Part shown: piece after piece, positions 11,401 through 23,128 of the stretch
Position numbering within the stretch: position 1 is the first letter of the stretch
Layout of the letters: the number at the start of each line of letters is the position of its first letter
Assembly: GCA_964276515.1 (NCBI GenBank)
Contig: OZ193909.1
Span: forward strand, 6,882,001-6,946,000
Length of the DNA: 64,000 nt
Direction of reading: 5' to 3'
DNA from: Gordius albopunctatus
Taxonomy: Eukaryota
Translations under genes and position numbers: made by a program
The notes under the pieces: model-generated
Seen by the model: only the letters and a program-made list of their open reading frames with translations
What the model was told of the DNA's origin: nothing
The model's database searches: none

Positions 11401-14400
11401 CAATTTGATAAAAAAACAAACATTATAATATGTTCTCGTGATAATTGATTATACCGCCATCTATAAATATTTTTTGTGGAAATGTAATTTTTCGAAGTTT
11501 TGACCATCTCGTAGCCACACCCAAACATTTTATGATTGAAATATGATAATAGGTCATAAAGGAGTGCACATTGTGAAATCGGTGATTTCATATAAAGGGT
11601 AAATATTTTCTTAAGATTTTTCACTAATTTGACCACAAAAAACTAACCACAAAAGTTAGAGGTTTTTGGTTTAATTTTTTAATAGAGGATTTTTAGGAAC
11701 AAAATGCACCAAAATTTGAGTGAATAACGCAATTACTTTTAAAAATATGACAAAATAGTAAATGCATAAAACGCTACCGAACGTGATTTTGGCCCTTTAA
11801 ACGTCCATAACTTAAAAATTATTGGCCCAAAATGGCCAAAATTTTCAGAAATTACTCTAATAAATGAGGCCTACACCCTTGCCAAAATTTATCCTGATTG
11901 AGATGGTCGGGCGAAAATCGAATTTTTTGACCAATTGACATCTTAATTTAGGTTTTTTATAAGGATTCTGAAATTGTTATAACTTTTTTCTAAATACGTC
12001 AAATTTTTTCAAAATTAGACTCTAACGTAAGAGGCTGTACAAGCCCTTTTAACCGTGCAAACCATTTAAAAATATAATAGCTTTTCAAAATACTTCCACT
12101 TATATTTTACTTCATCAAAAAGCCCCTTCCCTCCTTGTCAATTTAAAGAGCTAGAAACGACCAGAATACTTGAAAGTAAATTATGTTGAACGCGCGAATT
12201 TCTAATATTTCCATAAATATGCAACAACAAATTGCTTACGCCAACGCTCGGTTCGAGATGGGGGCTCGATAAACTGGCAGAACCGAATTCTTCGCTCAGC
12301 ACGAGCAGGTCGGAAGCGCCGTTGGTGAGAGGTGCCGTAACCCCTACGCCCAAAAGATCGTCGAGCGCGGACGTGAGAGCGTCGCCAGTGGCGCTCGCGG
12401 GCATGGACTGTGCGGGGGGTGGGGGCAGGGGAGGGGGAGCCCGCCTGGGTTCGACGGTGTCGTTGCCGCCGTGAAAGCTCGATGCCGCGTGAATCGCGGC
12501 ACCGCGCTGCTCGTCGGCATCGTCACTCTCGTCATCTTCATCGTCGTCGTCGCTTGAATCGTCGGCGTTGGCGGCACCGGGTTGAGGCGCCGCAACCGAC
12601 GCTCTCTCGCCGCTCGCTTCCTTCGTTTCTACGATTTAAGTAAGGAGCGTTAAGTATGAGCGTTAAGGTTTAGCGCGAATTAAATTACTAATAAAGGCTT
12701 GCCTCTTTAAATTACTCATATAGACAATTATCTAATTTAGTTTCGTGTCCAAATATAACAATTAACTTCGCGGATTTAATTTAAGCGTTAATATTAATCA
12801 AACTAAATCTCTAATTGAAGAAGGGGAGAATGAAGAAAAAAACATAATTTATAGAGACGTTATTTTGGAATATATGGCAAATTTTAGTATATTTAAGATG
12901 GAAAAAGTTGTGCGTCTCAAAAATTGTAACTATTTAATGCATATGTAAACCTGATGTAAATATTAAATGACATAATTATAATATAATCGGCATAAAAATT
13001 TTTGCTGCAATGGAAAATCAGATATTATAATCAAAGCCCTAATAAAAAGGGTTTCTTAAAAAGGGAAGGGAGATACTTTCCTGGGTTTGAAAGAGATTTT
13101 GAATATATTAATATAAATAGTATTGTAAAGGGGGGACGGGTGAATTATTAGCCTCTTGAGAACTAAAAATAATTTTAAAAAGAGCAAAAACTTGATATAT
13201 AAGTTACATAAATTATAGGTAACCACACAAAATTTGAAACAAACACAACTTATTAAATTTTATACATCTATTGGTAGAGTCAGAATTGGACAAAGCTAAA
13301 ATTTTGAATTGAATGAATGTATTGTGCTCATGCAAATCTCCAGTCATATAATAATAACTCATATAATATTATCTAACTTTCAACAAATCAATTGAATAAA
13401 CATGCTCTATGCTTAAAAAAAGGTCAAGAAAGGCCAAAAAATTAACTTTCCATGAAAGGATTGCTAATGTGTAGGAAATTTTGAGGGTGATTCAACTGAT
13501 TCATAATGTTCAAAACTTGTGTACTAACCTAGGGATTGGTGAAAGTTAGAATCCATATGCTGTTGGGATTTGGATAATTTTTCGTAGCATGTAAGACAAA
13601 CCCTCAAAGGATGTGATGATTGGTTTGGTAACAAAAACTTTTTATTTGCACACATACTACAAACAACCAATCCACAATTTCTACAATGATGCTAAATAAA
13701 AATTTTAATGTACTTATGTATATTTAAATAATTTGTATATTACAATTGAATTTAACTAATTAAAAAAGAATGATAGATTACCCTTCTATTAATTAAGGTA
13801 AAGTGTGATTTTTTACAATGCATACAAACAGATGCCTCAGAATCGGGTATCCATGGGGCTGCATGGTCAGATGGTGCTTGTTTGCCAGCTAATAAATTGA
13901 AAATAAAATTTAAATCTCAGCAAAATGGTTTGAGAAATAAAGTGGAAATGCTAAAATTTAGAAAATTCATATTATAATTTATACTTCTCATTAAGAGATC
14001 ATTCACACATTTGTTAATATGAGCAATCCATTCAGCCTTTTCAGTGGCAGTAGCAGCATAAACAGCAAAGGATTTACTACGACTTGAAATTAGCCACCCA
14101 TTTTTTAAAACTATTAAGCATGTATTTAATTTATATATCTAAATACCTCCTTCATCCGGAATAGATTTAATTTTAACTTCCTCTAATGGAATTATATGCT
14201 GTTTATTATACTAGAAAAGAATAAAAGCATGAAAAGTTTAAAATACCTTCTTTTTATTAATTACAATATTTCCATAAACCAAAATATCATTGAATAAGAA
14301 AAATTGCCTAGGTTTAGGCTTTTTCCTACAAATTTTTGTGAGAACCCCTTCTCCAACCAAAACTCTTCCAGTAATTAAAAGTGGTTGTCCGGAATTCCCA

Positions 14401-14506
14401 AAACAACTCTCAACAAATTGTATTCTTTTAGTGTTTGCTTCGGTATTAACTAAGATATCACTAAATTTTATCAATGTGTTTATAATTTACCTAATTTGTC
14501 AACCAT
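8484..14506 (-). CDS. PLEKHF2: Pleckstrin homology domain-containing family F member 2 (Phafin2 / rush-like; PH + FYVE + poly-Asp tail)
   Basis: Phase-consistent exons 14506-14491 (MVDKL), 14449-14247, 14210-14147, 14110-13985, 13888-13782 and 13691-13529 encode the PH domain (GEGVLTKICRKKPKPRQFFLFNDILVYG, KSFAVYAATATEK.EW) and FYVE domain (WIPD, RRHHCRNCG, RVC). Inferred further exons are 12628-12240 (poly-Asp) and 8546-8484 (DNKQALIQPEQHVSPQLLDN*). The last two joins are less certain. Confidence 0.92.
8621..11930. mobile_element. Foldback / long-TIR non-autonomous DNA element interrupted by a Helitron
   Basis: Left arm ~8650-9275 is an inverted repeat of ~9480-9571 plus 11386-11915 (e.g. 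GGGTGTAGGCCTCATTTATTAGAGTAATTTC vs GAAATTACTCTAATAAATGAGGCCTACACCC). Confidence 0.8.
9572..11385 (+). mobile_element. Non-autonomous Helitron (family A) with Pif1-like helicase fragments
   Basis: 5' end T(T/C)TATATATATAAAAATCTAAG; 3' end GCCAAAGCAACGCTTGGCCGGGCACAGCTAG, inserted between A and T. ORFs 10180-10437 (ASSGIAATLLPGGKTAHS, WDE) and 10448-10741 (FAITINKAQGQSL, HGQLYVACSRV). Confidence 0.93.
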
Positions 14507-15259
14507 TATTAAAGGGCTAAACAAACTTTATGAAGGAACGCAGGAACATCAGCACAAAATATGGCTCCTATTAAGAGGGGAGGGAAACTGAGTATAAATT
14601 TAAGGAAGAATGATGAAAATTATAATAGTTTTTTTAATAAGGCTGCCCTATTAAAGTATCTATATACCAGCAAATTTAATTGTGATTCTTTGCAAAATTT
14701 ATTCTAATTGTAGCTTAAATTTTTTTTATTAAATCCCTTTAATTTCAAACATTTGCTACTAGATTTATAAATATACTTATTCTTCAATCGTGCCTAGAGA
14801 TGTGCGCGTTCGGTGGTGCTATGTCAATTTAATATTTAGTGTGTTTTTTATGTGCTACCCGTATCCCTGCGTGCGATACACAAGAATAGGCATCTTTTTT
14901 TTAAAAATAGTGACCAATTTCACCAAAGAAAACCATTGAAGTTATTATATGTTATTTGTTATTAATTTAGACACGTAATAGTAGTGCCTAGTGCCTTTGG
15001 TCATAATTAAATTACCGAACTAAAGAAAATTAGAGGGTTACGCGCTTGAGGCTTACAGGCATGTCTGTTATCAGATTGCGATATAAAATGGGACCTCTTA
15101 CGAGAGCCGGCGATAGCGGCCGAGATAGTAAATGTTACGTTAAGCGCTTTGCGGGAAGTGTCCGAAGAGGCGTGAAGCACAAATTTTGCTGGATACAACT
15201 TTCATTTCAAAAACCTAAAATTTGTTATATAATCAGTGTTAAATTATCTAAACTTACTA

Positions 15260-17760
15260 TTACTTAACAATAAATGCTGATTTAGCCTTTAAGGGTCTAC
15301 CTCGCTTTATTTTTTGCACCAAACTTTTGGCTTCTTTAGGGGGTTGGCAAAATTTAAGTTTAATTCCCAACAAAACCACATCTTGTAAATATATTATATA
15401 AAAAGCAACAATTGCACTTGCCTTTAAAGCATTTTTCACAATCATTTGGAAATTCACATAGCCAAAGCCAAAAATTCTTTGACATTGCTAATGTTATTTT
15501 CACTAATCATAATACTTCTTGCTGGTATACAATACTCAGTAATATTAAGATGTTTTTTTTGAATTGACATGCTTTATTAAATAAAAAGTATTAAATATTG
15601 AGTGGAATTAATAAAAAGATACAAGAACGAAAACATTTATATAAAAAAATGATTAAAACTCATTATCCGTTTCTTCATCTTTGAGAATGGGCATTGAATC
15701 CATCTAAGAATAAAAATTAGATTTAGCGATCGCGATGTCAATTGATTGTCGTAGTAAAAAACTATTCGATATTTTACAAGGGGCGAGCGTTTATTGAGTT
15801 CTTTAAAAAAAATTAATGCGCTCTTCCCAAACGTCCCAAGGTTTCGGATAAAGCTGAGTATTTTAATGATTTACGGTGCTCTGCCGATCCTAGGGGGTCG
15901 TGAGTATCTTTGGAGGGGGCAAACAGGTCAATACAGGTGTAGTCCGATTTTGAGAAAAGGCCTTTGCCCCATGGGATAAGTGACGAACCTTCAGGACGCA
16001 TCCGCCCTTCGAGAGAGGGATCTGACGGTTCAAGGATGGAAGGAACTTTCACCCGTTTGAGGGCAGCTTGAAACAGTGTATTTATTTTTTGGTTCCTACC
16101 ATACCGACCTTGCTTCCTCATCTACAAGTGAATTACAAAGCCGGCAGGGGTATGGGGAAGTGTATTTACAGCCCAAGCGGAGGGCTATATTGTAGGACAG
16201 GGTAGGATTCTCCAAAAACATACCCGAAAACTTACTAGGGTAAGCTTCAAGCCATTCATAACCGGATTGGTCGAAAGCCAATGACCTAAGATTGCAATGC
16301 TGTTTGGCGTCGCATGTCGAGAGAAGGTAAGCAACGGACCGCGACACCAAACTTGCATACAAATCTTTTTAACGTATGATTGTGGTATATTAGCTCCTAC
16401 ATTGACGTTCTCATTCCATAAGGATAGGGCTTGATTTATGGAGGGATTAAGTGGGAATTGGACAAGGTTGTTAATATGATGTTTAAAATATAGAGAGGAA
16501 GAAATAAAGGTGGCTAGGGAAATCGCAGATGGTGAGCGAATACCTAGGCCACCGGATTTTGTGGGAAGTGTGGCTTGAATCCAAGTATTGGTGTTAAAAG
16601 AAATATTTAAAATTGATTCAAGAGTGGATTTAAAAAAATTTTCATAGTCGTGTAAAACTTCTTTAAATAAAAAAGCTTGCGTGGAGCGGAAGCAGAATAA
16701 AATTTTGCTAATGTTGTAATAATTTTTTATAATATAAAAAGAATGATGAGATGGCATAGATTTTAAAATGTCTAATTTGGTTTTTAAAGAAGAGAGATTT
16801 TTGTCTAAAATTTTTTGAGGCACTCGGGTCCCCCGATAGGTGCGCCTAAAACATACAAATTGTCTTTTTTAATTTTGGCAAAGTCAAAAAACTTTGGGTG
16901 AATATTATCCAAGTCAGAATATATTTCACTTTTAGAGGCGTTTAAACATAAGTTTAGAGCGGGGAAAAAAGCATGTATTACATCTAGTGCTTGGGCTAGG
17001 TTGTCAGGGGTCCCAACAAGAGTGGCGTCATCGAGATACCAGACATTAAGAGTGAGTTTACAATGTTTGTTAATTTCGTTAATTAGGTGATTTATGGCCA
17101 AGCAGAATGAAGGGGGGCCTAGAGGATCGCCTTGTTGGATCCCTTCTGCGGATTCGAGGAAGAATTCTCCAAATTTCAAAATCGAAGGGCATCCATAACT
17201 TAAAAGGATGTAGTTGGTGTAGTGGGGAAATAGCTTGATAACAATACTCAGTAATATTAAGATGTTTTTTGGCAAGCTATTAATATTATTTCTTGCAAAT
17301 TCATAACCTTCTGTCCATAGCTTCAAATTATTTATAGGTTTTGACAATTTTTTGGAGTATATATATTCACAGGACTAAGTTTTAACCTTGTCCAGCAGAG
17401 CCATGACCTTAAACCTACTAAGTGGTGGGCGTTCTCTCAGTGATAATTCATCTTTATGAGCCTATTGGCTTATTCTAAGGCATTATTTGCACTGGGAATA
17501 CACTATCTATACCCCTCATACCATCTATTATTTTTCTTGATCCTCCAATTTCTTCAAGGCGAAAATTATATGTATCAAGTATTTTACACTCCTACCATTT
17601 CTCAAGTTTTATTAAATTTACAACAAATTGGATTAATAAAAGATACAAAGCTATGCATGTTAAATTTAAAATATTATAGATTTCCCGATCTATATATTAG
17701 TTTGGATAATTTGGTTGCAACGATCCTCCATCCAATTTTTAAAACAAGTTGGCCGTGGAT
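15260..17760 (-). pseudogene. Degraded MULE/SWIM-type transposase, split by a CRE insertion
   Basis: Minus-strand remnants WYEG...PSANNALE...LRER (~17420-17530) and the C-terminus LGIKLKFCQPPKEAK...KRGRPLKAKSA with an AT-hook (15260-15380). Confidence 0.65.
15559..17240 (-). mobile_element. 5'-truncated CRE-clade non-LTR retrotransposon (RT + restriction-like endonuclease) with ~30-bp TSD
   Basis: GIQQGDPLGP, WYLDD, GGLGIR, C..C zinc knuckle, RPEG / PWGKG / CIDLFAPS; AATAAA plus A-tail at the 3' end. Direct repeat ACAATACTCAGTAATATTAAGATGTTTTTT at 15529-15558 and 17241-17270. Confidence 0.9.
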
Positions 17761-18343
17761 CCGTTTTGAGAAAAATAAGAGAATTAAAGAAGACACCTTA
17801 AATTACATTAATTCATTGATCCCTAACCAGGACGAAAGACAGGACCTATAGGAACCAAATACGTTGGATTTTTTTAATCTTTTAAAGTCGAAAAGTATTC
17901 AAGAGTGCATTCACACATTTATAAATTCGAATAATAGTGATTTGTGAATATATAATAATTTCCCTAAATTGAACAAACATTTCATTAAATTCAATGTAAC
18001 CCTACCATCTAGCGCCCCCGTCGAGCGTCTTTTTAGTCTTGGTAAATTAATTTTCAGTGAAAAGCGAACTAGCTTATTAGATGACAATTATAGAAAATAA
18101 CGTATTATTGAAATCGAATCATCATTTATTACCTTCTGATTTTTATATAAATGTTTAAATAAGTAATATGAAAAAATATTGTTTTTTGTAACTTTAGGTG
18201 TAATTAGTTCCATCAGGTAAGTAACTGGAACTGTAATCAGTTACATTTAAAAATTTGTAATTGTAACTGTAATTACTTACATTTTTTGTGAAAGTAACTG
18301 TAAGTTAACTAGTTGCTGTGGTAAAGTAACTTTAACAGCTCTG
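17760..18343 (+). mobile_element. 3' fragment of a hAT transposon
   Basis: FIKFNVTLPSSAPVERLFSLGKLIFSEKR (hAT dimerisation domain); GTAACT/GTAATT subterminal repeats; terminus AACAGCTCTG. Confidence 0.8.
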
Positions 18344-18859
18344 CTTAAAAGGCGAATGCGATCCGAATGGGAGGTATTAAGAGAAACAGTACCACGACAA
18401 TGGATAGAGAGGGGAAAAGGTTTGGGTACCATGTTTTTGGGACCAAGCAAATGGGTAGAAGGCATTAAAGCCAAGCACAGTAGTCGCTCCTACGATGTGT
18501 GGGTTCAGGGAAGAAACCGCCCCCGACACTTGGATCAAGTAAGAGAAGGGAAAATCCATAACAGGACCACACGGGACAAGTGAACCGGTGTGCTCAAAAG
18601 GTGACATCAGAAGGAAAATGAATGGAGACAACCCGGAACAAGTACCCCAAGGGAACAAATCCAAAACCATAATAAGACGTCTAGAGAGGAACCTAAATAC
18701 GCGCAACGTTGTCGAGAGCAGCAAGCATTTCTTAAAGATTTTGTCGGTGAAAGGGGGTGGGGATTGTATAGAGGTAATAGTAGTGCGTAGTGCCTCTGGT
18801 GATAAGTAAATTACCGAACCGTAGAGAGTTAGTGGTCATCCTTTTGGTTTTGTATAATA

Positions 18860-19498
18860 TCGTTATTCCGATTCCATTTTGGCTCACATATTACATTGAT
18901 GGAATAATTGGCGGCATTTTAAATATGATTTTCTTCGTGCTCTCGAAGCATTATTCTGTATGAATAATCATATTACTACATTTCAAATTTGTCGGTTAAC
19001 CATTTTCTGCATTTATCAACTCACCGTTAAAGTAATCTTTTTGTACTTTTAATATTAATAACCGAACTTCATAAAAATACCAAAAAACACGAAACGTGGG
19101 AATGTTTCTAAAAGCGCGCGTTATATTTATTTATAAAATGGTGATGTTTTACGGTATCGAGAATATTTATTTGTTACAGCTTTGTATATTGTAAAAAAAT
19201 GGGCGTAGTTGAGTAAAAAAATGAGACACAAATGACAAAGCAATCGTGGAAAAAGTTTAAGGTAATTAGTAGCACCATAACGATAAATAAGTATAAAAAA
19301 CTTAGTATAAATAATCCGCTAGATGGCGGTATAGACTACCAAAAAACATGGTTCCCGCTGTCGCAGGTTGATAAAAAGTATCTATAAACCTTCTACAATG
19401 CTAAGGCAATAATCCGGCCAAATTTGGTGGCAATCGTTTAGGAACTCTATAAGTTATTAGCGTTCAAAAAAAGGGACTTAGATTTATATATATATAGA
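18860..19498 (-). mobile_element. 5' part of a Helitron family A variant with a Rep fragment
   Basis: Begins TCTATATATATATAAATCTAAG at 19498; contains a YSYRIMLREHEENH..CRQLFHQ Rep-like remnant; truncated at the 3' end. Confidence 0.85.
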
Positions 19499-21640
19499 CT
19501 AGCTGTGCCCGACCAAGCGTTGCTTTGGCTCAGTCCTTAAGTGGTTAAATAAGTATAACCTATTAATAAGACTTATCTAAAATGGGGTCATATATGAAAT
19601 AATGTGAAAGGTCCGAATGCTAATGCAAATAAATATCTATAATATTTATTTAAGAGCGATATAAAATATTTATTTATAATTCATAAGAGTATATAAGCAT
19701 TAAAATATAAAAAGCTTATAATAATGTATGGGTAATAAAGAGCTGTATGAAGATTTTAGCTGAAAGTATAATGTAAACAATGATGTAAGTAGTAAAATAA
19801 AACCTGCAAGGGAAAGTTAATGGATAAAGGGTAAATCAAAGATAGGTCTGTCTTATGAAGAATAAGGTAATACACGTACAGTATTATAGCTTCTTGTGAA
19901 TGTCTCGTTAAATTTGGTTATAATACTCTGGCGTAATAAAAGGGGGAGAAATGCTAAAAGAAATATAAAATTATAGAATTTAAAAAGTGATTATAGGCGA
20001 GTAAAATCAATGGGCTTTAATGCTAATTGCTAAAAGTTATGAGTGGATAAATAGAAATAATACTAACTTTAATTATTCATGCAGAAAAATAGTGAGGCGT
20101 TATAAAGAGGGTTGTAGGTTCGGGTAAGAGATGCTTCGCAGCTTAACTTCTTCCTTAGAAAGGAAGAAATTGCTATAATGCTTGGGGATAGACAATATTT
20201 TTGGTCATGTCTGTGTAGATATACAAATTTAGTGGATTGCCGACGCGCGAACATGCAACATATAATTGTCCATGTGAAAAACAAACTGTTTCTAAATCTA
20301 TACCACAAATTTCTAGAGACTGGCCTTGAGCTTTGTTAATGGTAATAGCAAATGCGAGTTTAAAAGGAAATTGCAATCTTTTGAATTCAAAGGGTAAATC
20401 TTTTGGAATCAAAGGGATCCGTGGTATGATTGTTGGCAGTGAACCTCTAAAAACAATTATAAAAATTCTAATTATGAATTTAAATTGTTATTACCTGTTA
20501 GTGAAAAATTTGAGAATGTTATTTAATGATTATAACCAATATTTACAAGGATAAAAATTTAAGTTATAAGAATTTTTGTCAGTAAAGCTTTAAAAACACA
20601 AACGTAATTTTCAAATTTGCATTAGAGTTACCTTTTGTTTCACAGGGATATAAGAAATTTGAGAATGTTATTTGATGATTATAACCAATCTTCAGTAAAG
20701 CTCTAAAAACACAAACGTAATTTTCAAATTTGCATTAGAGTTACCTCTTGTTTCACAGGGATATAAGAATTGCTAAGGATTGTTGGCAGTGAATCAAATT
20801 TGCATTAGTGAGAATGTTATTTGATGATTATAACCAATCTTCACAGGGATAAAAATTCAAGTTATAAGAATTTATAAGGATTGTTGTCAATAAAGCTCTA
20901 AAAACACAAATCTAATTTTCAAATTTGCATTAGAGTTACCTCTTGTTTTAGTAAAAAATTCGAGAATGTTATTTGATGATTATAACCAATCCTCACAGGG
21001 ATAAAAATTCAAGTTATAAGAATTGATAAGGATTGTTGTCAATAAAGCTCTAAAAACACAAATGTATTTTTCAAATTTGCATTAGTAAAGATTGTTGGCA
21101 GTGAAGCTCTAAAAACAATTATAAAATTAAGAATTTAAAAAGTGGTATATAATGATTATAACCAATATCCGGTTTAGAAACAAGAAATCTGATTCTTGAT
21201 GCGCGCTTTGATTATTATAACAATATTTTCACGTTAAACGTTTAAGACAGCACGCGTCTTTTTTATATTATAAAGTTTTTGATGTTTTACGGTTTTTAAT
21301 TATTTAGTTGTAACAGATATATATATAATGTATAAAATAACCCAAAGGTGAATAAAAATAGTGAAATATGTGACAAAAGATTAGTAAAAAAACATTCAAA
21401 ACTATGAGCACAACTCTAACATAAAATAATAATCGAGATAAGCGTTGTAGCTGACGTCCGCTAGATGGCGCCAACCAAATTAAAAAACACGGTTCCCGCT
21501 GTCGTAGTGTGATAAAAAGTGTTTACAAACCATCTACAATGCTAAGGCAATAATCTGGCCAAATTTGGTGGCAATCGGTTGAGAACTTCAAAAGTTATTA
21601 GCGCACAAAAAAACGGTACTTAGATTTTTATATATATAGA
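19499..21640 (-). mobile_element. Non-autonomous Helitron family A copy with helicase C-terminus and internal minisatellite
   Basis: 5' TC at 21640 and 3' hairpin+CTAG at 19499; ORF 20173-20412 (FAITINKAQGQSL, HGQLYVACSRV); 3' region is near-identical to 10740-11385. Confidence 0.93.
20430..21180. repeat. Complex minisatellite inside the Helitron
   Basis: Recurring modules GAGAATGTTATTTGATGATTATAACCAATC, AAGCTCTAAAAACACAAA and TTTTCAAATTTGCATTAG, each about 4-5 times in shuffled order. Confidence 0.85.
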
Positions 21641-22601
21641 TAATACATTGTCGTTTCTGTTTTATCATGAGATTTTGCATCTCACATGACTCTAGGTTTA
21701 ATAAAGAAATTGCAGAGTAACAGATATCTTCCTTTAAAATCCATTAATGGAGGTGCATTGGATAGACAAGTTAATGCCCATTACCCTTTAACTTTATGGC
21801 ACAATTCAAATCAAATTTAAACTAAAGTTTTGCAATTTTTTGGACCAAGGTCGGTCTTATTAATTAGCTTCGGCAAAGTTTTATGTTTAATTAATGCCAT
21901 TAGAAGTCCTTCAAGCAGTTCTGATGAAGTTTTTTACAATGGAATAAATTATCAAAATTGGACATCAATGTCCTAGAGCAATTTTATTTAATGTTTAGTT
22001 AAAAATTAATTTCACTTTACCTATAAACTCGAGTAAAAGGTAAATTTGAAATTATTGGTAGAATTCACCTCATCGTTTTGTAAGCAAACTAAGTAAATTG
22101 AAAGGATATGGTCGTTTCCGACCCGCAGTGGATAACCATCTTCGAATCATATTTAATTTAAGCATTGTGAAAAAACCATTTAGACTCCAATTTTAATCAA
22201 CTTAATCAAGTTACAGTGTAAAATTTTGTAAAAGGATTAGTAATTTTTAGGTTTTTCAGAAACAAGCTTTCGTCACAATACAGCTCGTAAATTTTTACGA
22301 AATTTTGCCAGTGTAATCTGTTTAAAAATTCTGTTTCACTTTAACTTAATTAATATAGTGCAAATTTTAAAAATTAAATTCCTAGTTGCTTTGTAGCTTT
22401 CAATTCATCCAAGATACCCGGGGGGGGGGTGTCGGTTTATTTATATAAATATATCGGCTATGGATTCAAATTTTTCATAAACCATAATTTATCTTCAATC
22501 ATAAAAACTTAAGCTATTGCTCTAACCTAACCATACTAAACTGTATTATATGTTGATGTAATACATGACTTTACCTATAATCGTGAATCCTTGTTTAGTT
22601 A

Positions 22602-22924
22602 CAGTCGAAACTTCTTAATCGCAAATCGGATTATAGCGAAAATCTTTTAATGGCGAAGTTAACCGCCATTTTGTGTTTTTACGATAATATTAACACAAAC
22701 ATCGTTTATTGACAAATCGCTTAATAGTACAATATTGGATATTCACAAACATTTTCAATCCTTAAATCAACCAGATAATTATATAAAATATCGTTTTATT
22801 GCGAAGCGTAAGAAATGAATATTTAATATAATCTACATATACTTTTTTCCCATCGTTTAATCACGAAATATCGGTTAATCGAGATTTTTTCAGGCCCAAG
22901 GCTTTGCAATTAAACGGTTTTGAC
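22602..22924. mobile_element. Tc1/pogo-type MITE flanked by a ~78-bp direct duplication
   Basis: TA|CAGTCGAAAC start; right end CGGTTTTGAC lacks the terminal TG; flanks 22524-22601 and 22925-23002 are near-identical. Confidence 0.7.
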
Positions 22925-23128
22925 AACCTAACCATACTAAACTGTATTATATGTTGATGTAATACATGACTTTACCTCTAATCGTGAATCCTTGTTAAGT
23001 TATAAAGATTCAAATTTTTTAAAGATCTTTCTTATAGGATATGTTTGATCTACAAAAATCCAATTTAATAACATATGAAACTAAGAATGGAGTTGTTATC
23101 CTGTTTGCAAAATATATTTAACTGTATT

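Noticed and set aside
12232..12643. Plus-strand and alternative-frame ORFs (Arg-rich, Gly-rich)
   Set aside because: By-products of high GC; the splice-compatible minus frame encoding the acidic tail explains the region.
17456..17851. 131-aa plus-strand ORF
   Set aside because: Antisense to MULE remnants and crosses a TE junction.
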